A stretch of 64,000 nucleotides of DNA from Octopus bimaculoides. Taxonomy: Eukaryota. Of the stretch, positions 52,560 to 64,000 are shown piece by piece. Each line of letters opens with the position of its first letter. Positions within the stretch are counted from its first letter, which is position 1. The position numbers and the translations under genes are program-made. The stretch is taken from positions 130,723,725-130,787,724 of the forward strand of contig NC_068984.1 in the NCBI RefSeq assembly GCF_001194135.2, written 5' to 3'. The notes below the pieces were generated by a model. The model did no database searches. It was not told where the DNA came from and saw only the letters and a list, made by a program, of their open reading frames with translations.

Positions 52560-52682
52560 GTCTTTATGTGTCTAGAAGAAAAAGCAAGGTTACAGAAACT
52601 GTGCTGACAGCCCAGAGTTGAGAACAGTAAAGAAAAGTTGTCAATGGCCTATGCTCCATAGGGAGTGAAGGGCTTAAGTAAA
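52560..52682 (+). mobile_element. Possible LINE 3' end
   Basis: GGCCTATGCTCCATAGGGAGTGAAGGGCTTAAGTAA resembles RTE-type tails (recall). Confidence 0.35.
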
Positions 52683-53376
52683 TAATTTCTTCGCCAGAGA
52701 AATAGAAGTCACCCAACATATCTAGGTACCACTCTCTTTGATTGAGGAGGTAAAAACAGAGATAAAGAAGGAGCAGAGGAGGAGAAAGAGGGAGAGAAAG
52801 AAGGGGAGGCATAAGATGAAGGAGAAAGAAGGAAAGAAGATGAAGGAGAAAGACTATATGAGAGAAGGAAAGCAAGAAGAGAGAAACAGAAGAGAGGGAT
52901 GGAGAAAGAGAGAAAGAACATCAAACAGAAAAAAAAATGAAGAAGAAAGGGAGACATGTACAATGAGACTCAGAATAGGTAAGAGTAAGATTAAAATAAA
53001 GGCAGAAAAAGCAGGGAGAAGACAGTGTATAAACTGCTGGAGCCATTACTAGCAAATGAGTATGACTTAATAGCATGTACCATATTTTTATTAATTGCTT
53101 TATGTGTCTACGTAGTCACAAACAGACATAGACACTCTCTTGAGCAGAGGAATATCCAGGATGTAACAATGGGAGGAAGAGGGAGAGAGAGCTGCACCAG
53201 CACTTGGCAGGTACTAATTTGTGCTGAGAAGATTGTAACAACATGAAATGAGGCACCTTGTGGAAGGACACAACAAACTGAAGTCACAACCTTAGGGTCA
53301 TGACCCCAATACCTTAACTGCTAGGGTAATGCGTGGAGCAAAAAACAAAGGACAGTGAAAAAGAAACAGTGTAGAT

Positions 53377-53983
<607 letters not shown>

Positions 53984-54129
53984 TTATAGCACACAATGGA
54001 TATATGGCATCCAGCTGTAGAAACTCTGCCAAATCAGATTGGAGCCTGGTGCAGCCATCTGGCTCGCCAGTCCTCAGTCAAACCGTCCAACCCATGCCAG
54101 CATGGAAAGTGGATGTCAAATGATGATGA

Positions 54130-54556
54130 TGATGATATATATATATATATATATAACGTGGTGTAGAGATATCTGGCTAGCTGAAAAGGATATAACAGCA
54201 CCGTCTGAGCATGATCATTGCCAGAGCAGCTGTCTGGCTTCTGTGCCAGTGGCATGTAAATAGCACCATTTGAGTGTGTTTGTTACCAGCGTCGCCTTAC
54301 TGGCATTTGTGCCGGTGGCACGTGAAAAAAACACTCGGGTGAGGTCATTGCCAGTAGCGCCTGACTGGCCCTCGTGCCGGTGGCACCTAAAAGCAACCAC
54401 TACACTCTCGGAGTGGTCGGCGTTAGGAAGGGCATCCAGCTGTAGAAACTCTGCCAGATCAGATTGGAGCCTGGTGCAGCCATCTGGTTCGCCAGTCCTC
54501 AATCAAATCGTCCAACCCATGCTAGCATGGAAAGCGGACATTAAACGATGATGATG
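54130..54556 (+). mobile_element. RTE-tail retroposon (GGCGTTAGGAAGGGCATCCAGC...GATGATG); a second partial copy at 54000-54135
   Basis: The 3' motif resembles RTE/Expander 3' ends, followed by a (GAT)n tail. Confidence 0.7.
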
Positions 54557-55278
54557 ACGTTGATGATACCAACCCACATGAAACCAGCTCTGGCATCAGG
54601 CCATAGTAAATCTGCCTCAAAAAATTCTGTCCGACCCAAGTAAACATGGAAAAATGGACATTAAATTATGATAGTGATGATATTATGAAAATCAGACAAT
54701 TGGTTTCTGCAACTGGACATAGCAATTATTGAAAATAGAAACACTTTTATATTAACGTGATATTTTCATAATCTTCCATTACATGTTTTTGGAATAAATC
54801 CTTATGATTTTTCTTAGATGTTATGTTGTTTATTTTTATTAAGAAAAACATCTACTTCAGTTCCCTTATCTATCAGGAACAGGTCTCAGATTATCTGAGG
54901 ATGTTACCTGAGGTAGATTGGTGATTTATCCAGAGCAAAATTTACCTCTAATTCACTTAACAACAGTAACTTGGAGCTAAGTAACAATTCTTAAAACCCC
55001 TACAAGTTTAAGGAGCTGTATGTATTTTTCATTGCAAAATGTTAGTAAAATGATGAAAGCTTTCCTTATTGCGCATTCTGTTAAATACAACAACACAATA
55101 ACAGATAGACAAAATACACACTTAGACAGATGTATAGAACATACAAACAAAGCAGTTTTCCTTGTAGCACGAAAGGTTTAACTTGAGGTGGGTAACATCA
55201 CATAATGTTACATAACACTGTAATATTACACAATAGCAATCAACATAATACCATACAAACATCACATAAAACAATTCA

Positions 55279-55446
<168 letters not shown>

Positions 55447-55803
55447 TTAACTGATGTCATACTGTAGCAGTAGGGATGTATATGGATTAGTACAGTACAC
55501 ATACACACCAGGAAAATAGGGATACATACATATGCACGCATGTGCATGTGTGCGCATGCGCGCACACACAGAAGATAAGCATGGTTGAATGATTAAGAAA
55601 TTTGCTTTGCAACCACATAGTTTTGGGTTTGGACAAGTGTCTTCTTCCATAACTCTGGGCCACCTAATACCCTGAGAGTGAATTTGATGGAAACTGAAGG
55701 AAGCCTACATTTGTCCAAGCTACGAGTGAAGGAATAGCCATTCCTGCTCTCCAGCCTGCACAGAGTAAATTACAGAATTGAATAATTATGAAAAAATATT
55801 AAC

Positions 55804-55925
55804 CTTGATCCATGGTTCTTCTCAAAATATGCTGCTCTTAGCCAGATACTTTTCTTACTGGGGAAAACAGCCAAAGCATGGGAATAGATAGCTCTGGCAC
55901 ACTCATATGCGTTATGTAATGCACA
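55804..55925 (-). CDS. PRPF6: PRPF6 exon ([14 protein letters not shown]...FEKNHGSR)
   Basis: atccag acceptor, GTTAAT donor, 122 nt; not in ORF track. Confidence 0.93.
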
Positions 55926-56079
55926 CTGGATGGAAAGAATGAAAGAGAGAGAGAAAGGTCAAAAAAGAAGGAAAACAGTGTTTAACTAAGTCATTAGCTT
56001 TTTAATTTCTTGACCCAAAACAATTATGCAGCAGTATTTAATTTATGTTTTTTAATAAAATTTATCGACATTTCCCCAA

Positions 56080-56122
56080 GACACCTGATGAAGGCTGGAG
56101 GGTATATCAGCCGAAACGTGTT
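56080..56122 (+). ncRNA. Hammerhead-like motif lacking the NUH triplet
   Basis: GACAC-CTGATGA-A-GGCTG-(10 nt)-CAGCC-GAAA-C-GTGTT. Confidence 0.5.
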
Positions 56123-56579
56123 AACAACAAACAAGATGAAGACAAATATTCGTCAAATGCAAATAATGTAAATAATGTACATAATTCCTCATCTCTTAAA
56201 TATAGAACTGTTTTAGATACTTAATGTACCAAATATATAAACACTAAATATTATCAACTGTTTGCTTTAGTATACCTTCAGTAATGTTTCTTCACCATCC
56301 TTAACTCAGTACCTTATTGGATGGCATAAAAGACACACTATTTAAAAAAAAAGTCTCAAAAATCATGCTGGGTTCTATATGTGAAATTGAACTTCCTATA
56401 AGTTTTAATGCATAAAAAGCATTTTTTTCTTGATTGTGTTCTGCTGAAATTGGGGTACTCATAATATGCCAGTGCGTCTTTTATGTCATCAAATATGGTA
56501 TTTACAACATATACTGCTCTGCCACCATCGGCACCACCATTATTATCATCATTACTGTCCTATAGTGAAAACTACTCAC

Positions 56580-56649
56580 AGACTCAGCATCTTCCATCCA
56601 TGTGTGTTTTCTGTCCTCTTCTTCAACATTGACTCCAATCACAGCACGG
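56580..56649 (-). CDS. PRPF6: PRPF6 exon (RAVIGVNVEEEDRKHTWMEDAES)
   Basis: ttccag acceptor, GTGAGT donor, 70 nt. Confidence 0.95.
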
Positions 56650-56792
56650 CTGGAATATAAAATAGGTTGTTTTGAAGCTGTCAACTGACAACATGACACC
56701 AAGTCGTAGCTATGGGCCTGCTTGATCATAGACGACCAGAACTAATAATCATTAATAACATCAATAAGAAATGTGCCTCAAATGATACATAC

Positions 56793-56901
56793 ACAATTGC
56801 CTGACATGTGTGGATGCTGTTGGCCTTCTCACAGTCCTCAGCATCTTTGATCCACTGTTCTCTGTTGATCTCCACCATGTTGGCTTTCAGGGAGTGAAGT
56901 G
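56793..56901 (-). CDS. PRPF6: PRPF6 exon ([22 protein letters not shown]...CQAIV)
   Basis: tttcag acceptor, GTATGT donor, 109 nt; not in ORF track. Confidence 0.93.
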
Positions 56902-57238
56902 CTGAAAGACGAAGATGTTCAGTTGAAGTGCAATATAATACAAAGGGTAACTGAGGGTAAAAGGTGCTCTTTCATGTGAAAGTAGTGTTGATATGGTCCA
57001 CGTGACAGCTAGCTTAACTAATACACACACACACACAAGTTTCTATCTACAGATTCACTCACAATGCTTCGGTTGGCCTGGGGCTATAGTAGAAGACACT
57101 TGCTCAAGGTACCATGCAGTGGAACTGAACCTAGGACCATGCAGTTGGCAAAACACAGACACACCTGCATCCTTATATTTATATATATACATATATTTCT
57201 GCCTTATAATATTGAATCTTTCTTTGATATATATATAT

Positions 57239-57440
57239 CATCATCATCATTTAACGTCCGCTTTCCATGCTAGCATGGGTTGGACGATTTGACTGAGGAC
57301 TGGCAAACCAGAAGGCTGCACCAGGCTCCAATCTGATCTGGCAGAGTTTCTACAGCTGGATGCCCTTCCTAACGCCAACCACTCCGAGAGTGTAGTGGGT
57401 GCTTTTACGCGCCACCAGCACGAGGGCCAGTCACACGGTA
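57239..57440 (-). mobile_element. RTE-tail retroposon
   Basis: About 6 differences in ~145 nt from the reverse complement of 54410-54556. Confidence 0.7.
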
Positions 57441-57459
57441 CTAATACCAGTCACACGGT

Positions 57460-58215
57460 ATTAAGTCGATTACATCGACCTGAGTGCATAACTGGTATTT
57501 ATTTAATCAACCCCAAAAGGATGAAAGGCAAAGTCGATCTCAGTAGAATTTGAACTCAGAACATAATGGCAGACGAAATATTGCTAAGNNNNNNNNNNNN
57601 NNNNNNNNNNNNNNNNNNNNNNNNNNNNNNNNNNNNNNNNNNNNNNNNNNNNNNNNNNNNNNNNNNNNNNNNNNNNNNNNNNNNNNNNNNNNNNNNNNNN
57701 NNNNNNNNNNNNATAAAGACAGACGAAATGCTGCAAAGCATTTCACCTGGCATGCTAACGATTCTGCCAGCTCATCACCTTATTAATAATAATGGTTTCA
57801 AATTTTGCCACAAGGGCAGTGATTTTAAGGAGGAGGGGATGAATTGATTACATTGACCCCAGTGTTCAACTGGTACTTATTTTATCAACCCCGAATGGAT
57901 GAAAGGCAAAGTCAACCTTGGTGGAATTTGAACTCAGAACATAAAGACAGACGAAATGCTGCAAAGCATTTCACCTGGCATGCTAACGATTCTGCCAGCT
58001 CACCACCTTAATAATAACAATAATAATCCTTTTTACTATAGGCACAAGGCCTGATATTGGTGGGAGGGAGATAGTTGATTACATTGATCCCCCAGTACTC
58101 AACTGGTACTTAATTTATCGACCCTGAAAGGATAAAAAGCAAAGCCGACATTGGCAGAATTTGAACTCGGAACGTAGCAGCAGACAAAATACTGCTAAGC
58201 ATTTCTGCTAGCTCA
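57460..58215 (-). mobile_element. Tandem array of about 4 Meta-type SINEs (contains an N gap)
   Basis: Repeated core and head units with (AAT)n spacers. Confidence 0.7.
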
Positions 58216-58266
58216 CCATCTTAATAATAATAATAAGAATAATACAAATGATAAACTCTAACAAAC

Positions 58267-58429
58267 CTCTGTCAACAATTTTCTCCACCATGTGTTCATT
58301 CCCCTGGGCTTCTTCTAGTTTTGCTGCAGTAATCCAGATTTGTCTGTCCGTTGGGATATTTTCACGTGCTTTATTCAACACTTTACGGGCATTCTCATAA
58401 GTTTCCAGCCGGGCGAGAGCCAACCACAA
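58267..58429 (-). CDS. PRPF6: PRPF6 exon ([16 protein letters not shown]...EKIVDR)
   Basis: ttctag acceptor, GTTTGT donor, 163 nt. Confidence 0.95.
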
Positions 58430-58610
58430 CTAGAAAAATCGAAATAAATCAGATTTCATCAAAGAATTTAGATGAGAGTGAATTTCAGTTTAATATGTAC
58501 TCTAACATGCTACCATCTTTCTGCCATTACTGACTTTATTTCAATTAATTTTGAAATTAGAAATGAATTGGGTAAAATAACTTTGTCAATATTAATCTGG
58601 TGTCTGAAAC

Positions 58611-58975
58611 ATCATCATCATCGTTTAACGTCCACTTTCCATGCTAGCATGGGTTGGACGATTTGACTGAGGACTAGTGAAACCAGATGGCTACACCAGG
58701 CTCCAATCTGATTTGGCAGAGTTTCTACAGCTGGATGCCCTTCCTAACGCCAACCACTCCAAGAGTGTAGTGGGTGCTTTTACGTGCCACCGGCACGAAG
58801 GCCAGTCAGGCGGTACTGGCAACGGCCATGCTCAAAATGGTGTATTTTACGTGCCACCTGCACAGGAGCCAGTCCAGTGGCACTGACAACGACCTCACTT
58901 GAATGTCTTTACACTTGCCACCAGCACAAGTCCCAGGAAGGCGACACTGGGCACAGGTGCCATCACGATTTCACT
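58611..58975 (-). mobile_element. RTE-tail retroposon
   Basis: Same family. Other degenerate copies lie near 30235, 37190, 38500, 40530, 42060, 45840, 60860 and 62740. Confidence 0.7.
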
Positions 58976-59195
58976 TAATTAATATGGTATTTTGAAGAAC
59001 AATTTTAAAATAGATCACTTTGTAAAGCACTTTGTAACACTGAACCAGGACTGGTCTCAGGTGGACTGGTATAAAGAGTAAAGTGTTAGTGCCAGGTAAA
59101 AAGCACTTGTATTATGCCTGGAGTAAAAACGTGTAGCATATGTTAATTTAATTTTCGCTTTCATTCAAGATGACGGAATGCTTTGAGCAGAGATC

Positions 59196-59345
59196 ATAAA
59201 CCCATGTCTCATCACCAATGATAATGGTCTTCATGAAATCTGGGTGTTGTTTGCACAGTCCAACATCTCCCAAGCAATTTCCATGTGGAGTTGCTTCTGC
59301 TGCTCCACCAGCACCTTGGGGATGAATTTCACCGACACACTCTAC
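59196..59345 (-). mobile_element. Mariner transposase fragment
   Basis: VSVKFIPKVLVEQQKQLHMEIAWEMLDCANN, frameshift, then PDFMKTIIIGDETWVY (first catalytic Asp motif). Confidence 0.85.
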
Positions 59346-59452
59346 ATCCACATATCCTCTGATAAAATGGAATACACTGATCCTGTGCTTATTCCCACTT
59401 ATTCTTACACTAGTCCAGTCTCCTAGCTATAAAATGTACTACAAAAACTTAC

Positions 59453-59571
59453 TTCAACGCTGGTGGGGCAACATTCAACAGCTCGACTCAACATGATACG
59501 TGCATCATCAACATCTTCAAGCTCCACTGCAGCCTTCCAAAGACGGACAGAATTTGGAATTTGTTCCAAGG
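59453..59571 (-). CDS. PRPF6: PRPF6 exon ([19 protein letters not shown]...CCPTSVE)
   Basis: tttcag acceptor, GTAAGT donor, 119 nt. Confidence 0.95.
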
Positions 59572-59767
59572 CTGAAATATAAAAGAATAAAAGAGTCATT
59601 AGATAAAGCAAAGCTCGGTTGCAGATTTATATTTACAGTGCCGTATCGGTAAGTTACTGGTTTAATTTGCATTTTATGGTAACCATCCAGTAATTTCTAA
59701 TGACTTTGGGCAAAGCATGAATGCCACAAATTTGCCTTTCTATTCTCTAATAATGTTTAGCTAACAT

Positions 59768-60110
59768 GTTGGCACTCCGTCGCTTACGATGTCGAGGGTT
59801 CCAGTTGATCCGATCAACGGAACAGCCTGCTCGTGAAATTAACGTGTAAGTGGCTGAGCACTCCACAGACACGTGTATCCTTAACATAGTTCTCGGGGAT
59901 ATTCAGCGTGACACAGAGTGTGACAAGGCTGACCCTTTGAATTACAGGCACAACAGAAACAGGAAGAGTGAGAGAGAGTTTTGGTGAAAGAGTACAGCAG
60001 GGTTCGCCACCATCCCCTGCAGAATTTGAACTGAATACATAAAGAGAGGAAGAAATGCTATTCAGCATTTCTATCAATGTGCAAATGATTTTGCCAGCTC
60101 ATCACCTTTT
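59768..60110 (-). mobile_element. OR1-like 3' part abutting the head of a different SINE family
   Basis: OR1-like body to 60020, then a degenerate head of the 51085-type family. Confidence 0.6.
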
Positions 60111-60675
60111 GTTTCCAGTACCAATGTTTCCCAAGCACTCCCCATCTCAGTACTAACTAGGCTCAATGTCACTAAACTCTGGTGATCCAGTGAGAACCGA
60201 TGTTTTCAATGCGATATGGCCATAAACGTTGATACAAATACACAACAAAAGCACTCAGAGAGCGCAAACCTCCGCCAAGGCAACACCAACATCCTCTCAA
60301 CGATTAGCCAGAGATGATTTTTTAAATGAGAATATCTGAAATAAACTCGACAGCTCTCACAAACGAGAATACTGAAAATGAACCTGACCGCTCTCAAAAA
60401 TTAAGTAAAAAAACAGGAAAAATAATCCAGAATCCTTGTCCAGTAACAGATTGATCCCAAAATCTAATCAATTCGTGCCAGTCATGAGGTCAAACATCCC
60501 TGAAAGTTTCATCTGAATTCATCCAGTGGGTCTTGAGATATCTTGCCCATGGACAACCAAACAAACAAACACAATTGAAAACAATACCTCTGCCATAATG
60601 AAGGTGGAGGTAAAAAAAACATAATAAAAACAATAGACATAAATGAAATAGAAGAATAGAAATGTAAACAAGTAC

Positions 60676-60802
60676 CTTTCCTAAAAACTCTCTTCTTAGC
60701 TTTTAATTCAGTTTCCAGATCTGAAGCTTTAATGAAAAGTCTGACAGACAGGGGCAACTGACGAACTGCTTGAGCCACTACGGCCTTGGCTTGGTCACCA
60801 GG
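60676..60802 (-). CDS. PRPF6: PRPF6 exon ([15 protein letters not shown]...KRVFRK)
   Basis: ttctag acceptor, GTACTT donor, 127 nt. Confidence 0.95.
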
Positions 60803-61021
60803 CTAGAAAAACAATAAACAAGGTCAAAGAAGAGTTTAAGTTTAAAGATATATCATCATCATCATTTAGCATTTCTATTCCATGCTGGCATGGGTTAGAT
60901 GGTTTGATAGGAACTGACAGGCTAAAGGACTGTGGTGAGGTCCAAGGCCTGTTTTGGCATGATTTCAACAGCTGCATGGAAGGAGTGAAACATGGGCATT
61001 GAATGCAGGAGATGAACAGGC

Positions 61022-61400
61022 ACAGGTGTGGCTGTTTGATAAGAAGCTTGCTTCCTAACCACATGGTTCCTGGTTCAGTCCCACTGCACGGCACTTCGGC
61101 AAGTGTCTTCTACTATAACCTCGGGCTGAACAAAGCCTTGTGAGTGGATTTGGTAGACGAAAACTGAAAGAAGCTTGTCCTATATATATGTATGTATGTT
61201 TGTGTGTCTGTGTTTGTCCCCCCACCATCACTTGACAACCGATGGTGGTGTGTTTACGTCCCTGTAACTTAGCGGTTCGGCAAAAGAGACCAATAGAATA
61301 AGTACTAGGCTTACAAAGAATAAGTCCTAGGCTTGATTTGCTCGACTAAAGGCGGTGCTCCAGCATGGCTGCAGTCAAATGACTGAAACAAGTAAAAGAT
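61022..61400 (+). mobile_element. tRNA-derived SINE, ~380-bp third family (possibly OK-like), full length
   Basis: Head GTGGCTGT..AAGAAGCTTGCTTCC..GGTTCAGTCCC, internal (GT)n, tail CAAGTAAAAGAT. Fragments also near 8470, 25130, 27540, 30590, 34340, 35755, 41880, 43400, 46740, 55580 and 57030. Confidence 0.7.
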
Positions 61401-61458
61401 CTCCTAAAGTTTATTTTTTATTTTTGCGAAAAAAGTGCGTAAATTACACGGGATTTTA

Positions 61459-61692
<234 letters not shown>

Positions 61693-63048
61693 TTAATATA
61701 TCTGTTTGTGTAATATACAAATGAATTAGTTTGGCTCGTTGCTTTACATGTAATTTTTCTATTTGCATGGACGAGATGGTTTTAGCCATTGCAAGGTGAG
61801 ATAAGAATGTGAAACCTGATTTCTGATCAATCAGGCAAACTAGAGGTAGAACAGAACACGGTTGTATGCCTTGTTCAGCAGTAAAGGGTAAAGACTCCCT
61901 TTGGTCATGAATGGACATGGGATTGCATCTAGAAAGTTTCCCTCTGAGGCACAAGTCGCCCATATATACCAGACTCTCCTCTCCAAGCTGCCAATGTTGT
62001 CCAAGGGAAAGGCAAAAGCTTGGCACCAGTGACATCGCAACACATTTCTACAGTTGAGTGAACTGGGGTAACATGAAATAAAATGTCTTGCTCAAGAACA
62101 CAACACAGCCCAGTCCGGGAATCGAACTCATTACCTTATGATTGTGAACCTGATGCTCTTACCACTGAGCTATGCGGCTTCATGACACAGTACAATACAG
62201 AGTATGATACGAAGCTAGTCATGTAGCAATTTTAACCGGTGTACCTGTTCTCTACTGACCATTGGGCTGATCCACAAGGTCGTTTGTATAACTGAATTTA
62301 CCATACATTCATAGAAACATCGACAAGAAGAGTACAGTGAACTTGATGTGGAGAATGGAAAATCCAACATTTTGGATGGCATTCTTTTTCAGGGAAAATT
62401 CAACAGGAGTGAAATTCAAGAGAGACAACAGGTACAATTCTGTTGTCTCTCATCAATTTCATTCTCGTCAACCTTTTACACTGTCCCTGGCAAGTACACT
62501 GTACGTTTTTGTTGATTTTACTGAATAAAACAAGTCTTGCTTATGCAGACCAACACCAGTCTCTCTGGAGTCTGTTTGACTGACCATACATATATATCCA
62601 AGTTTGAGTAGAACTACATTTAACTTAGAGGAATCTACATTTACCATCATGAACCCAAAGTACTGATAATGATATTTTTGGCTGAATAAATATGAGCAAA
62701 AATCATAACACAAGTGCAATGATATGTGCATTTCATCATCATTTAATGTGTTTTCCATGCTGGCATGGGTTGGATAGCTTGATAGGAGCTGGCAAGCTGG
62801 AGGCCGGCACCAAGCTCCAGTCATGTTTTGGCATAATTTCTATGACTAGTTGCCCTTCCTAACACCAACCACTTTACAAAGTGTACTGGGTGCTTCTTAT
62901 GAGGCGCCAGTACGAGCGGTTTTCACATGGTGCCAGCACAGATGCTTTTTATGCGGCACCAGCATGGGTGCTTTTTCACATGGTGCCAGCACAGGTGCTT
63001 TTCACAAATAATAAAATCATATTCAAAAGAAGTTAACTAGTTTCTTAC

Positions 63049-63113
63049 CTGGTGGATGCTTGGGGTTTGTCTCTCTGACAGATTTTAGCAGCAACCGAGC
63101 TTTCTTAACATCA
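63049..63113 (-). CDS. PRPF6: PRPF6 exon (DVKKARLLLKSVRETNPKHPP)
   Basis: tttacag acceptor, GTAAGA donor, 65 nt. Confidence 0.95.
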
Positions 63114-64000
63114 CTGTAAAGTATAATGATCTCAATATTAGAACAGAAGAATTTCACAATATCATGATGCATTCTAAATAAGTAATTGTTATTGTTCAGA
63201 GTGCAGGTCAAGAGGTGAAAAGCTTTGTAAAGCACTGGGTTGTGCATTGGAACTACACAGATTTACCATCCTTTCCAAAACACATTATGCTAAGTCTGTA
63301 CTTGTAGCAACATCCAACTCTTGTAGACAGAGAAAATCAGATTTTCCTTTCTCTTAAATCTCTGTGCAAGCTCAAACAACTCTTACCTCTTTAAGTTCAA
63401 TGATTTATTTCTCCTTACAGTCTGAAAATGAGAGACTGAACTGTCTAGCTCTTTAGCTAATAAGTACTTTGTGAATAAACATTTCTCAATGCTTCAATTT
63501 TATCAAAACATCTTGAAACAAATACAGAATAATAAATATGGTTTAAGATAAGGTAAAAAATAATTTTACTCAGTTGAGAATATAATACATAACTTTTTAA
63601 TACAATATGAACAGCTAAAAATTGGCAGTATGGTATGGTTGAAAACAATTTGTACAAGTTTACATGGCAAATGCTACAGCAAGTAGCTTATGCACCTTCT
63701 CGGCTTACAACCACAAAAAATAAGGAAATAAAAAATAAATTAAAAAATCGATTTTCAGATGCTGGGTAGCTGTCTGTATGATAACTATGGCAGCATCTGG
63801 CAACGCAGACCCAGGCATCCACAGCCTGCCACTATCTCTCACTCAGTCACTTTCAAGTATCAGTCGTGCTTGAATGAAAATAATGTTGAAAAATATAAAT
63901 CCGACATATGACCAGATTGACTTACGAGCTGTCAATCAAAACGGAACTCAGTCGTAAGTCGAGGAGGATGTGTATAAACTGCCCTGGTGTGAACAATTTT

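Noticed and set aside
56791-56794. Alternative GT donor 2 nt upstream (GTGTATGT)
   Set aside because: It would frameshift; the chosen donor keeps phase with the next exon
57715-58010. Near-identical adjacent SINE heads suggesting very recent tandem duplication
   Set aside because: They abut an N gap, so the duplication may be an assembly artefact
63114-64000. Expected preceding PRPF6 exon (VDPKGYLTDL...)
   Set aside because: Not found; it presumably lies beyond the window

Overview
Eukaryotic, AT-rich, microsatellite- and SINE-dense genomic DNA with many N gaps. The repeat families and gene architecture point to an octopus (coleoid cephalopod) draft scaffold; this is an inference. Two protein-coding genes lie on the minus strand. 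(1) PRPF6 (U5 snRNP Prp6): 17 GT-AG exons from 63113 to the stop at 41592, with all phases consistent. They encode 652 aa collinear with about residues 290-941 of human PRPF6; the 5' part lies beyond the window. (2) The first coding exon of an ASAP-family ArfGAP gene (20134-20009), absent from the ORF track. No second ASAP exon was found, so 1-20008 is probably its first intron. The rest is several tRNA-derived SINE families, RTE, Tx1/L1 and Penelope retroelement remnants, mariner remnants, and hAT and piggyBac-type MITEs. The most interesting non-coding signals are five hammerhead-ribozyme-like motifs from four different element families (one family with a non-canonical CUGUYGA core), a 29-bp hairpin upstream of ASAP whose four non-Watson-Crick pairs are all G:U on one strand and A:C on the other, telomere-repeat foldback elements, and an inverted 170-bp local copy sitting inside a deleted mariner. 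There is no evidence for a prokaryotic-type system or CRISPR array. Nearly all other ORFs in the track are microsatellite, SINE or gap artefacts.
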